This document shows, one piece after another, positions 50,801 through 63,498 of a stretch of DNA of 64,000 bases. The position numbers were made by a program, and so were the translations under genes. Origin of the DNA: Eledone cirrhosa. Its lineage: Eukaryota. The notes beneath the pieces are model-generated. The model made no database searches. It was given only the letters and a program-made list of their open reading frames with translations, and was not told the DNA's origin. Positions within the stretch are counted from its first letter, which is position 1; every line of letters begins with the position of its first letter. The stretch lies in assembly GCA_964016885.1 (NCBI GenBank), contig OZ024746.1:19158001-19222000 (forward strand), in the 5' to 3' direction.

Positions 50801-53800
50801 CATCACCTGGTCTGAGAATTGAACTCACAACCTTTCGAGTATTATTATTTATTTGTATTATTTTCAATATAAATTTGTAGTGGTCAAAGGTAATCAAACA
50901 GCATTAACTTACTTGTACAATCTATTGATATCATCATCATCATCATCATCGTCATCATCATCATCGTCGTCGTCGTCAGCATTGTCCACACACTGGTCTA
51001 TTAATTTTTGGAACGCTTTCTTCAATAGACAAGTAAAATTCATCGTGTAAACATAAGCAATATATCTGTGAAATATTTCTTGAATCTATTTCTAAAAAAA
51101 AGCATTAATCAGTTAAGTGGGTTTGAAATGAAATTGAATTACTGAAATACTTACACCATCATCCATCTCTTGGTTAATAACTTCAGATGATGTTTTCCCT
51201 CCTCTTTCATCTTTCAGTTCTTGACAATAGTAATTTGCCTGAGAGAGAAGAAAATAATATTCCATCATATACTTCAGCAAAATATTTAAATTTTACCAGC
51301 ATAGATATTATGAAAATTAAATGATTTTATTTTTATTTTTGTTAGGTTGGTTGATTCAAATCTCTTTAGCACTCCAATCTAATCGAGGGTCTTCTCACGC
51401 CTGTTGGAAGAACCCCTCCCTGGTTGACCTCAAAAGCTTTGTTTGTTTTTGGTCAAGTCTCCAGGGATGTAACTGTATTCATTATGCTTGGGTTTGGTTA
51501 GGCTATTTAATCTATAATTGGGGTGGATGACCTTTGACCCTGAAGAGTTCACCCATCCATTTTTAACAGCTCTTGTTTTTTGTGCTGCTGGGGTTCTATT
51601 TGCCCTTCTCAGCAGACCAGGGACTGCTGAGGGAGCTGGTTTAGTTGCCAACTACTCAACCATATAGCATGACTATTCAAAATCTAAGAAAAGATTTTTT
51701 TTTTGCCAGTTGAGTAAACTTTTATAAGATCTTGTCTAAGGTTACAAAAATAATGGTTTCTGATTCAGCAGAAGCCCAACAATTTGGGGTGAAGGGAAAG
51801 TCAATTAAATCAACTCCAGTGTAGAATTTGAACTCAGAATGTGAAGTGTTGTAACTCTATACCACAAAGCATGTTGTCCAACACTACTGCCAATCCACTG
51901 CCCTTGATTACAATAATAATGATATGTAGGAATTGAGGGTAATAAAACTCCTGACACGTGCTAAATATTTATTGTGTGGACTTAACTACACTTAATTCAT
52001 TCAGTTAATGTTCTTTGTAATTTAAATCAGCTAACAAAAAAAATCTTTCTATAATCTAATGAATATCAAAGATTATCATTATCATCATTGTTATCCAATT
52101 TCCATGTTGGTATGGGTTGGATGGGTCATTGTAGGCCAAGACTAAACAGGCAGAGGCACCATGTCTTCACTCTTATTTGCCATGCTGTCTGAAGACATTG
52201 TGAAATGGTGCCTTTGTGTAATAACAGCTAACACCATAGAAATACATATAACAGCAAATTACCAAATAAATGGAATTATGGAAAACTTGTCTTCATATCT
52301 ATTATTATACAGGTTAAAAGAACAAAAGTAGTGTAGATATTAAATGAAATGTAACATATTTCTTACTCGATGTCGTTCAAACAGATTGCTGTCATTACCA
52401 TACCACTGAACAATCTTGACACCAATATCTAACAGAAATATATCAACAGGGCAAAGTTCTTTAGTTAGAGATACCTGGAAAGAAAGGAATATATTGTATA
52501 AATATAAAAAGCAATGTTTATGAGTAGGGAAATAAAGTATATATGTTAAAAAGGTTCTGAATATCTGATTACCAATCCAATCCAGGACCTTCTCACTCCT
52601 GTTGAAGGAACCCCTCTCTAGTTGACCTCAAAAGCTTTGTCTGTTTGGTTTTGGTCATGTCTTCAGGGTTGTAGCTGTACTCACCAAGTTTGGCCAATTG
52701 TAGTTTGATGAGGCTATTTAACCCAGGGTAGTTTAATATTACAGAGGAAAGAAGGGCTAAGTTAGTTTCCATTCTTTTTTTAGTAGCTTTATACCCATAA
52801 TTAAAATTATGGATTTATGGGAATACCTATTAATTTATACTGTACTACTGACAATTTTAGCACCATGACCAGTTTACTATGTTGGTATGCAGCTCCTGTA
52901 TTCCAGCATCCTAAGATTTTACTACTTTTTACCATATCTTTTTTAGTCATGAACATCTTTCACAGTCAATACACTGCATTTTTTTCTCTTAATACTCATC
53001 TATGTGTATGAAAAAGATTGCATATGTTCTCAGTCAGTGAAACTGACTAAGCCAACATCACATCTATTCCTTGAAGCTTACTGGGTTTGTAGTTGTGTTG
53101 GGATTGAAAAGGTCTTAGTTCAAACAGATTTACTTCTGAATTCATCATCATCATCATCATTCATCGTCCATTTTCCATGCTTGCATGGGTTAGACGGGTT
53201 GTCATGTTACGAGACATTTCAAGTCAGATGACCCTATCTTGCTCATACAAATCTGTATTTTGGCTTGGTTTTTAATCGGATGCCCTTCCTAACAGCAACC
53301 ATGTAACAGTGTTAACTGGGTGCTTTTTATTGTAGCACCAAAATTACCACTTAATGGGTTGGGTTAACTATATGCAATCTGTTGCAAAAAAAAAAAAAAA
53401 AAAAAAGGTTGGTACCTATTGATAGAACCTTAATTACTAACATTGAAAGTGAAATTGAGGAAAATGTCATATTTACCTCTTTAACTTTAATATTCTTTTT
53501 AGTACCAGAGTATAACAATAGACGTGGTCTGTATTCCTGTGGCTGAACAGGATTGAAACCACTTGCTACACCACCTCTCAGAACCCTTTAAACAAAAAAA
53601 AAATGAATTTCAAAATATGAAAGTTAGAAACATCAATGTTGTTTGATTATGGAAAATAGTCCAAGCTGGGCATATAAACCATGGAGACAAAATTGTATAG
53701 TACCACCTGTGGAACTCAAACCCACACCTGCAATATACCATTTCACCATGCTACCCAATTACACTAAAGTGTCAATGACAATTTTTTTCATTATTTTAAG

Positions 53801-54693
53801 CCTTATATTGTTCAGGCAGTAAATAAGTAAACAATCTATTTTTTTTTTTAGAACCAAATATTTCCTATTGTTCAATGGTATAGTTTAATCTGGGATAGAA
53901 GGGTAGTGCCCTTTATTTTTTTATTTTCTCAGGACTTGGCCTCAATTCCTACAATAGTGTGAACTCTGCTCAAAGCACCCAACAACCAGGTGGCAGATTA
54001 TATCTATGACACATGAATTCACAATGAATTGGAATAAATATCATAATACATCTCATCCAACACTTCGCCAGTCCACCGTCCTCAATTCATATTTTATTAA
54101 CCCTAACCCTAACAGAATAAAAAGCAAAGTTGAACTCAAGAGTGCAGAGAGTAAGAATAAACTTTACAATGTTTTTTGTCCTGCACTCAATTACAATTGT
54201 ATCAACTGCCTAGGTTGAGAAAATAATTCACAATAAGCTTAATGAACTCTTATAAACTTAATGAACTCTTATAAACTAATATCCAATTCTCAGATTATAT
54301 AGAGACAGAATGTTGAAATAACAACATTGAAAATAAGTTTATCTCCATATCACCAGGTGTTTTACCTAAAAAAAAATTGGTGCCTGAAGATGTAGTGTCT
54401 TAGTTGTATAATGGTGTCCTTGTGTAATAACTGACACCACAGAAATGTATATAACATCAAATTACCAAATAAACTGAATCATGGAAAACTTGTTTTCATA
54501 TATATTATCATAAGAGATTATGAATCCTGTAATTACCTAAACTTCTAAAGATTATTTTCCAACATTAAATTTCATTTATCACTCACTGAAAATATACAAA
54601 CCAAAAAGAAACACTTATTTTCTCTAACCTTAATAACCCAGCCTCAAAAATACTGTATGTACTCAAATATAAGCTAAGGAATATGTGACCACC

Positions 54694-54730
<37 letters not shown>

Positions 54731-55143
54731 TATCGCTAGTAAGATGTCTTATATCGCTAGTAAGTTGTCTTATATCTACCATCTAAACAATGTGTTGATT
54801 AGTTGCCTTGGCTTATAAACAGGGTTTAGATTTTCACCTATTTCTCAAACATTAAATGGGGGGGGGGGGGGGGGTTTAGCTTATACTTGAGTAAATACGG
54901 TATATACTTTTAGCATCACAAGAGAGGCTTTTCTATTTATGTTTTTCTTTCCTCACTTTTTAATCTTCTGTGTAGTAATATTATAGAAATTAGCTTCATA
55001 TACTCACTCAAATTTGGTGAAATAACTCTTAAATAGATCCGATTCATATCCCTCACATTCCCTGTGTTGTACTGGTACATCATCCAGGTATGTATCTAAT
55101 TCGACAGTTTTGTAGGCTGCAGTGCCATATTCATCCTGAATAG

Positions 55144-55184
<41 letters not shown>

Positions 55185-55337
55185 AGTGTGCATGCAAAAA
55201 GTAAATGGAAACAAATTACAAAGAATAATGCTGGACATAGGAAAAGAGTTTTAACATTTCGTACACTAGTCCTTCATCAAAAGATAGAATGAGAAAAAAA
55301 AAAAAACGTATTCAGCCAGCCATTTATATAATTATAT

Positions 55338-55393
<56 letters not shown>

Positions 55394-58255
55394 TTGTGAC
55401 GACAAACTGAAATCCCTCTGACTTGCCAAATATAATGAACAATAGAATTGGATGGCAACAAAGAGTCAAGGGAATCCATGCAAATAGTGTAACCTATTGA
55501 TTGATTGATTGATTGATTTATAGGCATACATTTCATCATTAACCTTCACATTACAGCTTCCAACTTTGATTAATGCTTCTTATCTGTTGGAGGAATCCCT
55601 CCCTGGCTGACCTCCACTGCTTTCTATTTGGTTTTGGCCATGTCTTCAGGGGTGTAGCCATACTCAGCACATTTGACCAATTGAGAGTGTGTGTGTGTGG
55701 GGGGGGGGGGGTTAACCCATATTTGGGATGAATGGCCATTGACTCTGATGAGTTCATCCGCCCTTTTAACAGCTCTTGTTTTTTTGTGCTGCTGAAGTTC
55801 CACTTACCCTCCTCACCAGACCAGGATCTGGTGGAAAGCCAATTTAGTCACTGACAACTTGACCCTGGAGCAGGTTGTACTGAGTTACATGATACCCATA
55901 GCAAACAGAAGCCTGACCTGACCATAAAGCTATTATGACTGATTAAAAAAGCAGGATTTGTTTTGTTTGTAATATCATATTCTCCAACTAAAAGTCTCCT
56001 CTGCAAATCTTTTCTATGTGAAGATACATTAGTTATTCTTGGTTAATGAAATAAAGGTTTTAACTGACAGAAGCTCATTGATATTTTCAATTTGATATGA
56101 TGTTCTCACTTAAAATTACAAATATTACAGTAACATTTATTTTAAGAGATATTTTTTTCACAAAGTATTCTATCTGACGTTCTAATGACAGCCAGTTTGT
56201 AGTCTGAAAAAGTTTATAATACTGACCTGAGTACTTTCTTTGCCAATCCAGAAGTGAATATCATGCAGCAGTTTATTTTCTTTCAAGAAACTCTAAAAAA
56301 AAATAGAATTGAAAAAAATATAACCTATAAAGATCATTTATATTTTTATCAAATATTTGCCAGGATCATAGGTAACATCTGCCAAGCTTTATGAATAATT
56401 TCTCTATTTAACAAATACTCAATGACACTTTTTTGGTAAGATGCTTATTCTTCAGACATAAGATAAGTTGCATATGCACATAGGCCAAATTCTGCAAGAT
56501 TATTTTATGCATTAATTCAAAGTATACCAGCATCAGAAGAAAATATATACATAAATAATTTAAAGTTGTGACTTACTTTTAAGATAATGTAGCTATCTCC
56601 TCTATAAAATCGACCATAATCTTTCGTAGGCCATTCTTTCACTAAAAATTTCTTTAAAAAAAAAAAATTTTAAATAAATTTAAAATGATAAATAACTTTT
56701 AGTTGGAAAGCAAAAGATATTTAAAAGTATTTCATTTCCCTCTCAAAATTAAAGAAAGTATGTGTGTGGGGGTAGGTGACCAATTACTTTTTGACGAGGG
56801 AAGGGAGGTTCAAGATGACTAAATGACTTGCCAGAAATTTTGTCAAAAGTAGTAAATACCTGTATTTACTATTTGACATTTAATAACAAGCACAGCCAAG
56901 TGGTAAGGGCATTATGATCATAATATCATGGGTTAGCTTCCTGGACTGGGTTGTGTGTTGTGTTCTTAAGCAAAACACTTCATTTCACGTTGATCCAGTA
57001 TACTCAGCTGAAAATGTGTACCAGCAGTAGCTGGGGGCTTAACCATATGATGGACTGGCGTCCTGTCCAGAGAAAGAGGGGATATCTCATACTGTCACAG
57101 AAACCGGGATAAACACCAGCCCGATCAACCTCCAGGCTCAAGATAGACAATAGATATGTAAAGTAAGAATTATAATATTTACGAGTTTTCTTCAAGTGAA
57201 GTAGAGGTTTGTTTGAAACAAGAATAGAAATCTAGTCAACCTAAACCTACTCAATCAGAATTGTCACTGGGGTTTCTAATTCACGAACCTTTAAGAAATA
57301 AAGTTTCAGAAACACCATTCCACAGGTTCAAAGGAGAACCCTTCAGTTGTGTCAAGGACATGACAACCTCCCTAGTGCTGATGATCTACACCCAGTACAT
57401 GTTGTAAAGTGGCTTGAGCTAGAAGCACATCCAGCCATAGAAAGCTTGCCAAACAAAGAGTTTGGGAAAACATTTCAGTTTGTGTCAAAATACATGACAA
57501 CTTTTCATTGTGCTTGTCCAATGACAATTACCCGATATAATAGACAGGACTCCCTGTCACTGTCATAGTTGCATGAGTGTCTGCATTCCCCAGGGAGTGA
57601 CACACAAGCATACTTCCCACCTCCACTCAGGTACCTCCCACCTCCACTCAGGTACCTCCCACCTCCACTCAGGTACCTCCCACCTCCACTCAGGTACTTC
57701 CCACCTCCACTCAGGTACTTCCCATCTCCACTCAGGTACTTCCCACCTCCACTCAGGTACTTCCCACCTCCACTCAGGTACTTCCCACCTCCACTCAGGT
57801 ACTTCCCACCTCCACTCAAGTACTTCCCACCTTCTTGTCTCCTCCTCCTCTCATCACCTACATTTAAGTTGTGTCCAATCTCTGCACTGACCACTATACT
57901 TATTCTTTCCTGTCCACAACAGAGGCACTCTAAAACTCCTTCCAGGCTCATGTCTTTCTTGTAGGGGCCATCTTATAAAGGACCTGTAAAGATCATGGAC
58001 ATTGCCCCTGCCCCTTTCTCCAGACCTTAACAAATTTATAGACAAAAATAACAATACCAATAAATTTTCAAAACAAGAATTTAGGCAGCTTCCATCTCTT
58101 CCTTAGCCACAAAGTACCTACCTCAATCCGCCAAACTTTCAAACATGGACCCACTCCTGTATTCTGCCACATGGGTTCCTGGTTAGCTGCTTCCTCTGGT
58201 GAAGAAAAGAAGAATAACTAAAACATAATGGGTGTGGCTAGTAAATGCATATCAG

Positions 58256-58289
<34 letters not shown>

Positions 58290-59080
58290 ATATATAAATA
58301 ATATATACATATATATAATTGTTTCTACTTTAGGCACAAGGCCAGCAATTACTCAGTGCATTACTGGTACTTTATTTTATCGACCCCATAAGGATGAAAG
58401 GCAAAGTCAACCTCGGTGGGATTTGAACTTAGATCGTAAAGGGACGTAACTATGCTGGAAAGCATGGCGTCCGACCCTCTACCGATACTGCCAATCCACC
58501 AGATAAGATCAAGATTGTGTAGGTGTCGCGACAGAAAAACACAGTCCACACTGTAATGTGGCCGTGTAGGTAACACGGTAAAAAGTTCCACGGTAAAAAG
58601 TTCCACACTGTAAATATGATTGGTGTTAGGAAGGGCATCCAGCCGTAGAAATCGAGCCAAAATCAGTTCCTGTATGAGCAAGACAAGGTCAGCTGACCAG
58701 GCACTGCCCACAACAGGACAACCCGTCTAACCCATGCTAGCGTGGAAGAATGGACGTAAAACGATGATGATATATATATATATCATCATCATCATCATCG
58801 TTTTACATCCATTCTATATATATAGTACAATTTATATTACAGACGTATAATGGCAACCCATTATACGTCTGGAAGCATAGATTTATTATTTTTTAGATCG
58901 ATACAGACGGACTATATGTACTTGAATTAAGGTATTTCTATCTGGCTAAATTATTGTCAATTTGCAAAAAAAAAAAAAAAAACAGTGTTGATCATAATTT
59001 TATATTAAATTGTACTGTAATGCTCAGAAGTATTTCTTAGAGCTTAATAATTGTATTTGACTCCTGTGTGAAAATTATAA

Positions 59081-59113
<33 letters not shown>

Positions 59114-60655
59114 GGCGTCAACAAAAAGCACCCAGTACTTGCTAGAAATGTGGTTGGCATTAGGAAAGGCATCCAGTCATAGAAACCCTAGCCAAAATCA
59201 GTTCTGTATGAGCAAGACATGGTACCTGAGATGGCCTATCTCACAACAGGACAACTTGTCTAACCCATGCTAGCATGGAAAATGAACGTTAAATGGTGAT
59301 AATGATGATTGTGATATATCACTCTAGATCACTCATTTACATACTTATTTTGGTTTAGGTGGCTGTCCGAAACGTTGAGACCTCCTCCACATCCACCAAG
59401 TGTGAACTTAATATAACTCTGTAAAATTGCCTCCTGTGTTTTGTTTGTGTCAATTATTAACTCTCATCAGCATTATCACCATTTAACTTCCATGCCTGGA
59501 GGCAAGTCTGGCCAGAACGCCAAACCTTGCTCCGATGAAGACTGTAAATTTGGCCAGGTATTTTACAGCTGGATGCCCTTCCTAACACCAACCACATTTA
59601 CAGTGTGGAAAACTATACATATACACCATCATCATTTTACGTCCGCTTTTCCCTGCTTGCAAGGGTTGGACAGGTCATATTCAGCACAGCATCTCTCCAC
59701 TTGTCATGGTCCTTCGTCACTTCCTCGGCGAGTTTCAGCGATCTGAGGTCTGCTCTCACCACCTCCGCCCAAAATAAAAGGAAAAACTAACAGAATAGTG
59801 CAGTCCAATGCAATGTATGACCTGTATGTGTACATATATGCGTATACTTAGGGATAAAAGCCCTGTACACACACACACACACACATACCACTTCAACACA
59901 TATATATATATATATATATATAACATTCAAGAGACACTAAACCAAATATAATGGCAATAGCAAGTTTACAAGGTTTACATAATATTATATGTGTCGCGCT
60001 GAATAATGGTGTTAATCAGCTGACTGACCATTCCATGTTTTCATTGCTGTATAGTTTGTTTATTGGGTTTAGTCATTTAATTATATATTCGCTCATTAAC
60101 ATACTTATTTTGGTTTAGGTGGCTGGGTAAAATTAGCCATTGAGCTTCCTTCCTTTGGGACTGAGCCTTGGTGAACCTCTCCTTACATGCTAAATCTATT
60201 ACTGTACCCATTGTTAACTCTAACCTTGCTGACTGCATCTTTATATATGTCCTGTATGGCCCTCACAAGCATATTTGTGTATCCCTACTTTCCTAAGAGC
60301 TCACCAGATTGCAGAGCAATGTATCTTGTCAAATACTTTCTCCAGTTCAACAAATGTTAGGTAGAGAAGTTTACTTAGCTAAGTACTTCTCCTGCAATTG
60401 TCTTACGATACTAAGAAGAGGGCACCAATGATACACTGGGGTCAATTTAATCAACTTTCTCCTCCCCCAAATTACTGGCCTTGTGCCTAAATCAGAAACA
60501 ATTTTCAGTTACATAACTTTATTCTAAAAATATTAAATTTTAGATTATTATACCTCAAAACGAAATATACTTACTTTTTACACCTCTATCTAACTTACTG
60601 CCAACCAAGGCCATGTTGCTATCCTTCCAATCATATTTCTTGCTTTTTCGTAGTC
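47796..60655 (-). CDS. Gelsolin-like protein (three gelsolin domains, invertebrate gelsolin-like 1/2 or severin type), at least 12 coding exons, about 370 aa; initiator exon not found
   Basis: Minus-strand exons 60655-60575, 58195-58122, 56651-56577, 56292-56227, 55135-55008, 53585-53477, 52474-52367, 51238-51155, 51019-50913, 49201-49117, 48485-48390 and 47891-47796 have GT-AG introns and concordant phases. Motifs [69 protein letters not shown] and CFVWIGK are diagnostic of the gelsolin family. Confidence 0.93.
48390..48485 (-). CDS. Gelsolin-like exon ([32 protein letters not shown])
   Basis: atgcag acceptor, gtaagt donor. Confidence 0.92.
49117..49201 (-). CDS. Gelsolin-like exon ([28 protein letters not shown])
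   Basis: ccccag acceptor, gtaagt donor; domain 3 start. Confidence 0.9.
49230..49680 (-). mobile_element. Penelope-like element 3' end with GIY-YIG endonuclease C-terminus
   Basis: Minus-strand [36 protein letters not shown] followed by the 3' repeat shared with 24.2 kb and 32.9 kb. Confidence 0.65.
50334..50542 (-). mobile_element. Non-autonomous Helitron
   Basis: 5' TCTACTAATATAA; 3' GC hairpin gccgcca..tgacggc about 10 nt before CTAG|T. Confidence 0.6.
50545..50837 (-). mobile_element. 5'-truncated family-A SINE
   Basis: Near-identical to 26811-27145. Confidence 0.85.
50913..51019 (-). CDS. Gelsolin-like exon with poly-Asp linker ([15 protein letters not shown]16-INRLY)
   Basis: gtaagt donor, phase 2, fits the next exon. 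The acceptor ttgaag was chosen on linker length; in-frame upstream alternatives exist. Confidence 0.75.
51155..51238 (-). CDS. Gelsolin-like exon ([28 protein letters not shown])
   Basis: ctctcag acceptor, gtaagt donor. Confidence 0.87.
52367..52474 (-). CDS. Gelsolin-like exon ([26 protein letters not shown]...ERHR)
   Basis: ttccag acceptor, gtaaga donor; domain 2. Confidence 0.9.
53477..53585 (-). CDS. Gelsolin-like exon ([23 protein letters not shown]...KVKE)
   Basis: tttaaag acceptor, gtaaat donor. Confidence 0.92.
55008..55135 (-). CDS. Gelsolin-like exon ([14 protein letters not shown]...FKSYFTKF)
   Basis: attcag acceptor, gtgagt donor; domain-1 actin-binding helix. Confidence 0.94.
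56227..56292 (-). CDS. Gelsolin-like exon ([22 protein letters not shown])
   Basis: ttttag acceptor, gtcagt donor. Confidence 0.92.
56577..56651 (-). CDS. Gelsolin-like exon ([25 protein letters not shown])
   Basis: tttaaag acceptor, gtaagt donor. Confidence 0.92.
57611..57831. repeat. 21-bp minisatellite, about 10.5 copies, intronic
   Basis: Unit tac(t/c)tcccacctccactcagg. Confidence 0.92.
58122..58195 (-). CDS. Gelsolin-like exon ([24 protein letters not shown])
   Basis: caccag acceptor, gtaggt donor. Confidence 0.92.
60200..60410 (-). mobile_element. RTE-clade RT fragment
   Basis: [12 protein letters not shown]...[12 protein letters not shown]...IW*ALRKVG. Confidence 0.65.
60575..60655 (-). 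CDS. Gelsolin-like exon ([27 protein letters not shown])
   Basis: tttcag acceptor, gtaagt donor, phase 1/1. Confidence 0.9.
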
Positions 60656-61932
60656 CTGAAATAGATAAATATTTAGAATATGTTATTATCATCATTATAA
60701 TAAGGGCATTGGCAAAATCGGTAGTGTTGGTCACCATGCTTTGCTGCACATAGTTACAAGGTCAACTCAAACACATTGAGCTTAACACATCTTACCAAAA
60801 ATAATTGTGGATTATTCCACTCTAATTATATCTATAACACTTGCTTGAGGAGATTTCTTCTTGGAAGACCTGCTACCCAGCTCTTCTGATAGTTTTTTAT
60901 GACAGAGCTGCTTACCACTAGTGCACACTGTAAAGTGGTCGGGTAGGTACCACAACAAAAAGCATCCAGTCTACACCGTCAAGCGGTCATGTAGGTGTGT
61001 CACAGCAAAAAACACCCAGTCCACACTGTAAATTGGTTGTATAGGTGACATGACAAAAAGCATCCGGTCCACAATATAAATGTGGTTGGCATTAGGAAGA
61101 GCACCGAGCTATAGTAACCAAGCCTGAAACAGTTCTGTACGAGTAAAACACAGTTATCTGATCTGACTTGTCTCACAACGGGACAATTCATCTAACTCCT
61201 ATTAGCAGAGAAATATAGATGTTAAACACTGATGATGTTATATATGTCAAACCAAATTTAAAGAAGGACTATTACTTAAATAACACATACAATAAAATAT
61301 AACTTTGCAAAAAAAAAAAAAAAAATTCAATTTGAAAACATCAAAACTGGACAGTTATAAAAAGGACGCACCTTTTAAACTCAAATCATATGAATAATCC
61401 ATATATATATATATATATAACACACACACACAAACCTGTGTGTGGGGGTGTGTGTGCCCACACACACACACACACACACACGTATATATATATAATCATC
61501 ATCATCATCATCATCATCATATTTATATATAATAGAACTGTCATTGACTTAGGTTTCTAGAAACATAATACTAGGAATGGAAAAAAGGGAAGAATATAAA
61601 AATAGGAATATTATTTGGTGTTCTATGGTATGCAGTGGGTGTGTGTAAAGAAAAAAATTTCACCAAATAAAGAAACTATTTTAAAATAAAAATTCATAGC
61701 TTGAAGTTTAACCAACTTGTAAAACAGGTTTTGAGATTAGTTCTTATAAACCCAGTCGATGTTTTGTATATTATAATTTGAAAAATGAGATGTTTAGCCC
61801 CAGATTACTGTTGATAAAGCAAGCCTATGACCAAAAGCCTTCCAGCTCTTGTAATCAGACAGTGCATCTACAAGTACATTATTTAATGTGTCCTTTAAGA
61901 TCGTAAGGTGTGATTCAGCTGCAATTTTTAAC

Positions 61933-62005
61933 AGACTGAGTGACCAGAGGTATGTCTGTAAGACACTAAGACTGAGTGACCAGAGGTATGTCTGTAAGAC
62001 ACTAA
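61933..62005. repeat. Perfect 36-bp tandem duplication
   Basis: agactgagtgaccagaggtatgtctgtaagacacta x2. Confidence 0.85.
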
Positions 62006-62579
62006 AAGTAAGCAAATATGTTTGACCAAACTAAAACTATCACAGTCTATACCGTTGGATAGAACAATGCTATATAACATCCCACAGTTCAAATCTATAG
62101 ACCTACTTACATATTAGACTTACATGTTCTCATGTCTTGAGACACATGAGGCAGTTAAAGTGCTCTAATGACCACAGTCACATTTATCAATACATCATTC
62201 CAACTTTTGTTGAAGGGATTTAGGTCCTTGTCGATTGTCTACAGCCAGTGCAACTTGAGACGTCCTCTGCAGCTCTTTCCATGGGGGGCACCAATACAAA
62301 ACCTGATTCCTTATTAGTACGTCTCTCACTTGGGAGTCATGTGATGTGTCCCAATCAGCTAAGTTGACACTTACACATGATGTTAGACAAACGTTGTTGA
62401 TGGACTTCTTTGTTGGTGATGAAGTCATCCCATATTAGCTGCAGACATATACACATGCAGACCAATCCTTTATATCGATTAACTTGCTATTTGTTTTTTT
62501 AAAAGGTTACTTCATATTTTTACATGTATTTCATGCACAAAATACACTATGCCCAGCGTAATAATCTTGTAATAATCTG

Positions 62580-63498
62580 AAAGCTGTACTTTTTCCTAAC
62601 ATTTTTTCATTTCTGGAACTAGCTTGTTTTTCCTCCCTACCATGGACTGTATACACCTGAAAGCAATAATCTCCTTGTGTCACAAACCTCTGCTATATCA
62701 TTTGAAGTTCAATATTCTCAGATCTGACCCACTACTTCTCAAACCATCATTAAATATTCTGCAAGCATTCTCCTTTCACTTCTTATACAATAATCCACTG
62801 ATGAGACCTTCACCACATTCTTTCTCGTCATGTACAATCTATTTATATTTGTTTTAGGGTGTAAAACTCTGTACAATGTCATTAACTTCCTCATCTTTCT
62901 ATCCAACTTTGTTGGTTCTTCTTCACTCCACCTGAGAATTGATGTACTATATCTAACCACTGCAACTTCCCAGATATTCATTGCAGTGACTAGATTTCTT
63001 GTATTCAGGTTGGATTTCAAAACTATTTTCGCTCTTTTTAAATGTCTCTCGAACTTTTTTTCATTTTAGCATGTAAAATATCATCAAGTTCTAACATCTC
63101 CAAATACTTGTATCCACCATCATCTGGTTCCCATGGTTTCTCCCGATGACAGTTGTAATCCACTATAGCTGCTTTTTTCCCTCTTTTCATATTGAGCACA
63201 GAGTATTTGGAAATGGTTGGCGAGGAACAGTTTAACCAAAGAGTTGAAGAGAAGGGAAAAGAAGACCTTGGGAGGAGAATACCAGCATATTAGGGTCAAT
63301 CTCATTGAAACTCCAAGACTTCGTAAAGCAGTTAGAAATACCATGCAAGATTGGTGTCCTACAAAAATCAACCTCGCGAGGCACTGCACACATTTTAAGG
63401 AAAGTAATATCTGAGGTTCTTATTGTGATTTGACAGATGACTAAATACTCCAGTGCATTTTCCATCTACCTTATGTGACAAAGTTATAACAATAATAA
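62580..63498. mobile_element. R4/Dong-like LINE with 5' inversion
   Basis: 62580-63190 minus: YKYLEMLE...SNLNTRNLVTAMNIWEVAVVRYS...LDRKMRKLMT...HPK..INRLY..RK. 63190-63415 plus: LGSISLKL...LEIPCKIGVLQKSTSRGTAHILRKV, then a TAA-like tail. Confidence 0.7.

Noticed and set aside
57505-57964. ORFs with GGGKYLS / PPPLRYF repeats
   Set aside because: Several frames are open only because of the 21-bp repeat; intronic and flanked by decayed repeat sequence.
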